NCBI RefSeq assembly: GCF_006345805.1
Contig: NW_021824282.1
Coordinates: forward strand, 1-19,167
Direction: 5' to 3'
Source: Octopus sinensis
Taxonomy: Eukaryota
Length of the DNA stretch: 19,167 bases
Shown piece after piece: positions 12,211 to 19,167 of the stretch. Under the pieces are notes generated by a model. The model made no database searches and had not been told where the DNA came from. It was given only the letters and a program-made list of their open reading frames with translations. The stretch's first letter is position 1. The number at the start of each line of letters is the position of its first letter. The position numbers and the translations under genes were made by a program.

Positions 12211-12213
<3 letters not shown>
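11986..12213 (+). mobile_element. SINE family 2, full length (tail type a)
   Basis: ggcgagctggcagaaacgttagc (A-box-like) ... gggttcaaattcc (B-box) ... ccccttgtgggtagtaaagaaata, running into (TA)n. Confidence 0.95.
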
Positions 12214-12283
<70 letters not shown>

Positions 12284-12286
<3 letters not shown>

Positions 12287-12484
12287 GAAAGAATGGAGTT
12301 GAACGACGAATTAACAAAATTCCCTTATTCTCGACATATGTTTCGAAGGCTGCATATTCCTAATTTCGAAGGAATAAGGGGTGCATTATGCCGCCTTCTC
12401 ATCAGAAAAATCAAGGAACTTATGTCAGCATCAAGATGAACAAAAACTTTTAGATGACTGCCCACACGGAGCCCATAGCGATAA
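12284..12484 (-). mobile_element. ~200-bp hammerhead-carrying module (putative non-autonomous Penelope-like/retrozyme-type element) flanked by (TA)n
   Basis: Unique sequence bounded on both sides by (TA)n and containing the hammerhead at 12321-12417. The element class is inferred. Confidence 0.6.
12321..12417 (-). ncRNA. Type I hammerhead ribozyme, canonical core
   Basis: Minus strand: UCCUUGAUUUUU-CUGAUGA-GAAGGCGGCAUA-[30 nt]-UAUGCAGCCUUC-GAAA-CAUAUG-UC/GAGAAUAAGGGA. Stem II pairs 11 of 12. Stem I pairs 11 of 12 including three G-U. Stem III is the palindrome ACAUAUGU. The GUC triplet predicts cleavage between 12333 and 12332. Confidence 0.85.
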
Positions 12485-12544
<60 letters not shown>

Positions 12545-12546
<2 letters not shown>

Positions 12547-12727
12547 CAACTCTGTTGTAGAAATTTTTTTCTCTCCTTGTTTCTTTTCTGTGTATCTTTC
12601 TGTCGAAGAGCGTAGGATCGAAACGTAAAAGACTTGTTTTATTTCTATTCCTGAGCGCCATACTAATACACTGTTTGTTTGTATTCCACCTGCCTTCGTC
12701 TTTTGTTTATTTCATAAACCTTCCCGT
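12545..12727 (+). mobile_element. ~180-bp module with hammerhead-like motif (putative Penelope-like terminal-repeat derivative) flanked by (TA)n
   Basis: Bounded by (TA)n on both sides, pyrimidine-rich, and contains the motif at 12595-12632. Confidence 0.55.
12595..12632 (+). ncRNA. Minimal non-canonical hammerhead-like motif
   Basis: UCUUU-CUGUCGA-A-GAGC-GUAG-GAUC-GAAA-C-GUA/AAAGA. Stem I is 5 perfect bp, stem II pairs 3 of 4, and stem III is a loopless ACGU palindrome. The core differs from CUGANGA by A6>U plus one extra A. Confidence 0.5.
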
Positions 12728-12760
<33 letters not shown>

Positions 12761-13452
12761 TATTATATATATATATATTATATATATATGTATGTATGTA
12801 TTAGAAATTGGATATTCTACAGTGTACTGATTAAGATAGTTAATTATTGATCGACAGTAGGCGAAGTCAAAAGATAAGTCACTTGTCAGAGGAGTAATAA
12901 TATATGCAAGAAAGAAATTGCGAAATTTTCGTAAGATATTTGACTCGACTTAAGTAGTTTTCCTTTCTGTGAGCGATGCACTGGAGCAGAGTAGTGACCA
13001 TTTTAAAAGGCAAACTGCGTGTGTATGTATGTGAGTTTGTTTGTGTGTGTGTGCGTGCGTGCGTATGTGTGTGTGTTTGTGTAGTGAAATGCATGTGCGT
13101 GTTGAAGTATTCATGTAGTGCCTATAGCGTAGGGCGAGCACTTATGTATAAGGAATGCAGTTGAATGCCTGTAATTATATGTCTATTAGTGTTTAAGCAG
13201 TTATGCTCATGTGTGTGTGTGTGTGTGTGCGTGTATAACTGTGTGTGTTAGAATGTGTGTATTTGGGTACGTATGTCTAGTGGTGTATGTATGAGGTGAA
13301 ATCCGTGCGCCTGTCCTATAGTCGTATATGTGTTGTACATCCTGTAGTAACTCATATGTACTAAAGTTTAAATTGGAGTATGTGTAGTGTATGTGTAGTT
13401 ACGACTGCATTGATGACAGTTTAGTGGTGTATGCGACACCATTTTGGATATA

Positions 13453-13758
13453 GACCTTCTCGACTTACGACCGTGTTCGTTCCGACTGTCAGGTCGGAAG
13501 TCGATTTGGTGATATATCGGATTTATATCTTTGAATACTATTCAAATGTAACTAATGCTTAAAAGCGACTGAGCCCGAGACATTGGCTGGCAGTGGATGC
13601 TTGGGTCTACAGGAGGCCCACGTTGCCCGATGCTGCCATAGTTATCGTATTCGCAGCTGTCCAACGTCCGAAAATCGATTTTTTATTAATATATTATTTC
13701 TTATTTCCTTATTTTTTGTGGTCGTAAGTGCGACTGGTCGTAAGTCGAAGAGAAGGTG
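13453..13758. mobile_element. 306-bp pogo/Tigger-like MITE with TA TSD
   Basis: Left end TA|GACCTTCTCGACTTACGACC (13453-13472). Right end GGTCGTAAGTCGAAGAGAAGGTG|TA (13736-13758). They match except for the first base and a 3-nt indel. A subterminal GGTCGTAAGT copy lies at ~13720. The CGACTTACGAC motif recalls Tigger/pogo TIRs. Confidence 0.8.
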
Positions 13759-14799
13759 TATCCTCAGATTTTCAGTTAAGATGGCTGCCAAATAGTTACT
13801 ACATTATTCTGTTTCTCCAGTAACTTCTCTTAAACAAGCTCTGTCATCTTAGCTTTCCTCATATTCTATGTATTTATCAGATTATATGAAATCCAACTAG
13901 AATTTAATATACAACAGCATCACTATAACCAGACTGAGTTAAATACCAGTTATGTAAGTAACCCCTCAACTCCTACCAAGTCTCTACCTTATGCTAAAAT
14001 AGAAACTGAAACGATATACTCAGATATGTATGTCTGAGCATATGTATATTATGGTGGTTATATGTAGGGAAACATTTTCCGCCTCGTAATTTCACAATTT
14101 CTTACCACTTTTCACTACTTTTCAATTTAAGGCCTTTAGAATCAAGGAGTCTCTTTCTTCCACACATTCAGCTTACTCTCTCTCTCTTTCTCTCTCTCCG
14201 CTACCTCTCTCCTATCTTTCCTTCTCTCTCTTTTTTTCTGTTCTATTCTGATGATCGTTTTGGAGTGTGTTCTTCCTCAAAGAAAAATGTGTCAAAGAAA
14301 AACAAGTAACATAGAAGAGAAAGATGGAGAAGAGAGGAAAAGTGGGAAAGTCAATTTAACTTTATAGCATTAATTTGTTTTCACATTTCCCTTTTGTGAA
14401 GCAACCACACTAATAAGATTTTGCAAATGAGAGGTGACATGTACATCAACCAGCCATGAGAGCGATACATAATGGAGCTAATAACTGACCCTATCGATCA
14501 AGGATTAACTTTTTTTCTTTTTCTTTTAAATATTTAACACGCAAATGGTTGATACAATACAATAATCCACTGAAATAGAGCAGATTAAGAAAGAAAGTTA
14601 ATCTCTCCACTACTGTGATCTGCCCTGGGGGTAACAAAAGGCTCAGTCAAGCTAGTGTAGATTTAAGGTCAAATCCATTCGGTACCTCAGTAACTTAGTA
14701 TTACTGTTCTTATTATTATTGTTACTGAGAATGCTTGATTGTCAGTATTATAGAAGAATCGGGTAAAATCACCTTGCAGTAATTATTGCAGTTTCATAT

Positions 14800-14950
14800 G
14801 TTGAAAGTTCAAATCCTGTCAAGATAAACTTCCCTTTTGTCCTTCCAAGGTCATTAAAATTAAGCACCAATCAAGTACAGGGGTTCGATTTAACCGACTC
14901 ACTTCTACCCTCAATCTGAATCCTTGTGCCTGTACTGGAGAATATTATTA
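14800..14950 (+). mobile_element. Degenerate SINE family 2 (tail type b)
   Basis: aagttcaaatcctgtc...aaaattaagcacc...ggggttcgatttaaccgact...ccttgtgcctgtactggagaata. Confidence 0.65.
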
Positions 14951-14973
14951 TTATTGAGGTTGGCAGTATCGCT

Positions 14974-15190
14974 GTTGTTATTGTTGTTGTTGTTTCAGCA
15001 ACAAGACTGGTAAGGGTGATTAGGTGAGGTCTAGGGCTTAGGGACGGGAGACCCCAGACCTTGGAAAAAGAAAAAAAACTTTGGTCGTCTTGTTGTAGTC
15101 GAGGGCTCTTCGTTGACGCCCAACACCACTGGGAGGTGGCCCTCGAAGTCACTGGAAATGGAGATCTCCAGGTCCAAATTCTTGGTCGGC
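14974..15190 (-). mobile_element. 217-bp retroposed insert with (AAC)n-like 3' tail and 12-bp TSD
   Basis: ggcagtatcgct occurs at 14962-14973 and 15191-15202. A gttgttattgttgttgttgtt tract abuts the left copy, and the interior is GC-rich. Confidence 0.6.
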
Positions 15191-15215
15191 GGCAGTATCG
15201 CTAGAAGTCGGTACC

Positions 15216-15255
15216 CCAGCATGGCCGCAGTTCAATGACTGAAGCAAGTAAAAGA
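15216..15255 (+). mobile_element. SINE family 1 extreme 3' end
   Basis: ccagcatggccgcagttcaatgactgaagcaagtaaaaga matches the family 1 terminus. Confidence 0.8.
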
Positions 15256-15386
15256 TGAAGGAATAATGACAGCTGTTTCTAACTGAAACAATGACTGAGG
15301 CAAATTGGTTTTTATTGGAAATTTACGATTATTGCCATTGTTTTATGCTATCCGTATTACATCTGTTGCTGTTAATATACACTTAA

Positions 15387-15727
15387 GGGTAAAGACCTCC
15401 TTCGGTCATGAATGACCATGGGATTGCACCTAGAAAGTTACCCTCCTAGACACAAGTCCGGACAAGGTTGTTTATGGAAGACCAGCAGTCGCCCATGCAT
15501 ACCAGCCTCCCCTCTCCACGCCACCATTGTTATCCAAGGGAAAGACAAAGGTCGATACAGCTTGGCACCAGTGACGTCGCCACTCATTTCTACAGCTGAG
15601 TGAACTGGAGCAACGTGAAATAAAGTGCCTTGCTCAAGAACACAACACGCAGCCCGGTCCGGGATTCGAGCTCACAACCTCACGATCGTAAGCTCGACGC
15701 TCTAACCACTGAGCCATGCGCCTTCAC
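15387..15727 (-). mobile_element. SINE family 3 (tRNA head plus CORE-like domain), full length with 15-bp TSD
   Basis: Minus strand GGCGCATGGCTCAGTGGTTAGAGCG...GAGCTCGAATCCCGG (A-box 15716-15706, B-box ~15671-15661), then GTGTTCTTGAGCAAGGCACTT...CAGCTGTAGAAATGAG (CORE-like). The TSD ttaatatacacttaa is at 15372-15386 and 15728-15742. Confidence 0.92.
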
Positions 15728-15804
15728 TTAATATACACTTAATCATGTAATAATTACCGATTCTTTTTATGTCTGTTTGTCTTAATATTCATCTCTAAAA
15801 GGTT

Positions 15805-16030
15805 GATCGAATGGCTGAATCGGTAAAGTAAAAGACAAACTTTCTTTCTGAATTGGTTTACGTCTCTTTGTTTTCTAATTGTTAACCCCACGAAGACCGG
15901 CTTTTTTTTTTTTTTTGTTATTCTTCTAGAGTCGATAAAATAAAGTACCAGTGTACCAGTCAAGTACCGGCGTCTCTTCGATTAAGTGCTTTCTCTCCCA
16001 GTTTGTGACTCTATGAATCTGGAATCAATA
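15805..16030 (+). mobile_element. Old degenerate family 2-like SINE
   Basis: gagtcgataaaataaagtaccagt core is recognisable; boundaries approximate. Confidence 0.5.
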
Positions 16031-16257
16031 AAACCAGCAGCAATACTAATTGTAATTGTTGCTTAACACAAAGGTAGCTTTGTTCAAGCTAACATGTGAA
16101 GTAAGACGTTACAGTCGTGACAATTACACCACGTATTGTTTCAAAGACATCGTTATTTCGTCGCTCCTATTTTTAGACGATGAGTTTAGACAGATTTGCT
16201 TGCTGTTTACATCGCCTATGTAGAAGCATGCTAGTGGATTTGTTTAGCAAGTAATAG

Positions 16258-16385
16258 AGCGACGATGTACAGAATCGGTAGAGCTTCAGATACAACAGCT
16301 CATCGTATTTTGCTACCTTCTGAGTTCAAATTCCGATAGAAGAGCGTATGCCAGCCTTCTTTCAATGGTCGATAAAATATGTAGC
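16258..16385 (+). mobile_element. Old degenerate family 2-like SINE
   Basis: ttctgagttcaaattccg...ggtcgataaaatatgtagc. Confidence 0.6.
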
Positions 16386-16882
16386 TGATAAGTGTTGCAC
16401 ACGAGAGTAGTTCGATTCCCACGGCGTTCGATTTTCAGAGCCCCTGAATTCATTCTATGCTGTGTTAACACGGCTGGAGGTTCGTCCTATGGCGAAGATA
16501 TCCGAGTACTGCGGTTTGTCGAAATCTGCATCGATATTTTCTCTCTGTACGTGAGAGGCGATGATACAACCATCAATAACTTTTGAATTTTGGGAGGAAT
16601 TAGAACGGAAAGAGCCGAAAAAAACACGACAAGGTAGCTTGTCTGATGTTCCTATAATTCTGCTGAAACGGATAAATGAGGAAGCCTTTACATGGTCATT
16701 TATTATACTAGAAATAGAAGCTAACCAACCTCCAAATTACACCGTAATGCTTCTCAGATATATATTTTAAATAAATGGATATGTTGGATCAGAATGTTGC
16801 CATAAATATATACATAAAAAGGAATAATGCTCCTTACTGAAATACTTCCGATAGCAGATCTGGCCTGTGGCTAAAAAATACC

Positions 16883-17115
16883 TATTTCTTTACTACTCAC
16901 AAGAGGCTAAATACAGAGAGGACAAACGAGGACAGACAAACGGATTAAGTCGATTATATCGATCCCAGTGCGTAACTGGTACTTATTTAATCGACCCCGA
17001 AAGGATGAAAGGCAAAGTCGACCTCGGCGGAATTTGAACTCAGAACGTAACGGCAGACTAAATACCGCTAATCCTTTCGCCTGGCGTGCTAACGATTCTG
17101 CCAGGTCGTCGCCCT
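16883..17115 (-). mobile_element. SINE family 2, full length (tail type a), 19-bp TSD
   Basis: Reverse complement of 11986-12213 with few changes. cctgtggctaaaaaatacc occurs at 16864-16882 and 17116-17134. Confidence 0.97.
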
Positions 17116-17544
17116 CCTGTGGCTAAAAAATACCCTCAAAATTAAAACACTGTCATGGCAAATGAATTCCCAGTAAATGCATCATTGTCTCTTTTTCTCA
17201 TTTCTGTTTCATTTTATAAAAGAAATCAATAACACATGTAGTTTCAGTCTTCATAGATACTTCTAGGACAAAAATTAAGTGGAAAGAGAGTGAGAAATGG
17301 TGAGAGTGAGAAGTCATAACGATATCAGAATGCTTGGCAAGATAAATATAAAACTAAAAAAATTGATTCTTCATATATTTTTCTATTTTTCTTTTTCTTA
17401 TACTGTTTTAGTTATTGTTTTGGTTGCTGCTGAAGATAACGTTTACAAGCGTCGTTAGTATTACAGTGAATGGAATATATTGATTTCTAGTGCAACGTAC
17501 AGGGTTATATATTTTGATGTATTGGTATAATTGCCTGAAAAACT

Positions 17545-17675
17545 GAAGATTAGCAAAGTCGTTCGAATATCGGACAGAATGACCGGTGTTGCTCGATCTA
17601 GTGTTCTGAGTTCAAAACTTGCCGAAGTCAACTTCGCTTTTCATCCTTCTGAGTTCGATAAATAAAGTAGCAACA
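17545..17675 (+). mobile_element. Old degenerate family 2-like SINE
   Basis: gttctgagttcaaaacttgccgaagtcaacttcgcttttcatccttctgagttcgataaataaagtagc. Confidence 0.65.
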
Positions 17676-17689
17676 ACACCGGAGGCAGA

Positions 17690-17703
17690 CTCTTTCTCTT
17701 CCC

Positions 17704-17739
<36 letters not shown>

Positions 17740-17800
17740 GTTCTTTCTCTATCTTTCTCTGATACTCCTCTCTCTCTATCTATCTCTCACCCTCCCTCTC
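17690..17800. repeat. (CT)n-rich tract
   Basis: Directly visible. Confidence 0.9.
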
Positions 17801-18026
17801 ACATCGGCTAATGTTGTGCCATGAGACGGGGTAATCAGAAGCCGTTCACAGCAGAGTTACCCTTTATATAAGATTGTAATGGGTTGAGTAAAGGGTTAAG
17901 AGCCCTTCTATCGAGGGAAAAAAGAATTAACTGATATATTGCTGGAATAGAAATTAAAATGAAAAACGGTAGATTGCATGAAATCGCTCCTATTTCTTAA
18001 ACAACATTTTGTTTAGTAGACCCCAG

Positions 18027-18205
18027 AGGAGTCTACTTTGGTAAGTAGCTTGCATACGAACCACATTGTTCCGGGTTCAGTCCCACTGCGTGGCACCTTG
18101 AGCAAGTGTCTTCTACTATAGCCTCTGGCTGACCAAAGCCTTGTGAGTGGATTTGGTAGACGGAAACTGAAAGAAGCCCGTCGTATATATATATATATAT
18201 ATATA

Positions 18206-18260
<55 letters not shown>

Positions 18261-18491
18261 TGTGTGTGTGTATGTTTGTGTGTCTGTGTTTGTTCCCCCC
18301 CAACATCGCTTGACAACCGATGTTGGTGTGTCTACGTGCCCGTAACATAGCGGTTCGCCAAGAGAGACCGATAGAATAAGTACTAGGTTTACAAAGAATA
18401 AGTCCTGGGGCGATTTGTTCGGCTAAAGGCGGTGCTCCAACATGGCCACAGTCAAATGACTGAAACAGGTAAGTAAAAGTAAATAAAAGTA
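18027..18491 (+). mobile_element. SINE family 1, near full length
   Basis: ggtaagtagcttgc...ccgggttcagtcccactgcgtggcaccttgagcaagtgtc..., internal (TA)n(TG)n, 3' body and taaaagt tail. The A-box region is altered. Confidence 0.95.
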
Positions 18492-18607
18492 TTTTAAGAG
18501 ATTATACTCGTTTTATAAAATTTTAAAAAAATATTTAGATAATTGTTTCTAATTTTAGCACAAAAATTTCATCGATTGGACTCAGTAACAACTAACACTT
18601 TATAACA

Positions 18608-18722
18608 CTTTATAGTATCGACCCACATAGGATGAAAAATAGTGTTGGCGTCGGTGCAATTTGAACGCGGAATTTAAAAAGCTATAAGATATATTACAAG
18701 AATTTTTGCCCAACGCCGTAGC
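18608..18722 (-). mobile_element. Old degenerate family 2-like SINE
   Basis: atcgacccacataggatgaaaaatag...ggtgcaatttgaacgcggaa loosely matches atcgaccccgaaaggatgaaaggc...ggcggaatttgaactcagaa. Confidence 0.55.
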
Positions 18723-19167
18723 AAAATTTACACTTGAAAAAGACTTTGACATGCAAACAGGCATCGCATATAGATGCGTGCACGCACACAGAGATTCATG
18801 TATACACACACATATATACATGCATCCATATATTGATATGCATACGAATCTACACAAACGTATGCATTTATATATATGCTCACACACGCAGACACACGCA
18901 CACAGATGCGGATCCGTTGTGGTTAGCAAGTGATAACAGCAATGTGACTGGGCGTTCGCTAAAGGAAGGGATTACGCGTGCGCGATACGCAGATCTGTCT
19001 GATAGTCGTAACGCTGATGCATCGACCACTTAGACACGCCCACCAATTGAGTGAGTGCAAGCTATACTAATATTGGTGTGTGTGTCTGTTGTATTTGAGG
19101 AGTTTCTGTGTGTGCGTATCTGTAAGCACGCGCTCATCTGTGTGTACTTGTGAAAAAAAAATGAAGT

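Noticed and set aside
15640-15727. tRNA gene
   Set aside because: The anticodon and acceptor stems do not pair, and the sequence continues into a SINE body bounded by TSDs.
16392-16770. ORFs of 64 and 69 aa and a B-box-like gttcgattccc
   Set aside because: No recognisable domain or convincing splice pair, and too little support to call a gene or SINE head.
1-19167. CRISPR array or prokaryotic operon/defence system
   Set aside because: There are no regularly spaced repeats with unique spacers and no long non-repetitive ORFs. The sequence has eukaryotic repeat architecture.

Overview
AT-rich, microsatellite-dense, mostly non-coding eukaryotic DNA. The SINE families and the (TA)n/(ACAT)n/(GATA)n load suggest a cephalopod, most likely Octopus; this is inferred from recalled repeat families, not a database search. 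Almost all ORFs in the supplied track are translated microsatellites. The window holds three tRNA-derived SINE families in many copies (two copies with perfect 15-bp and 19-bp TSDs), the 3' end of a mariner transposon, a 306-bp pogo/Tigger-like MITE, and a 217-bp retroposed insert with a 12-bp TSD. Several short candidate + strand exons of an unidentified gene are also present. The main discovery is at 12284-12727, where two ~200-bp modules sit back-to-back inside a (TA)n tract. The left module (minus strand) folds into a complete type I hammerhead ribozyme with a canonical catalytic core and an unusually long stem II. The right module (plus strand) carries a minimal, non-canonical hammerhead-like motif. 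Both resemble Penelope-like/retrozyme-type non-autonomous retroelements.
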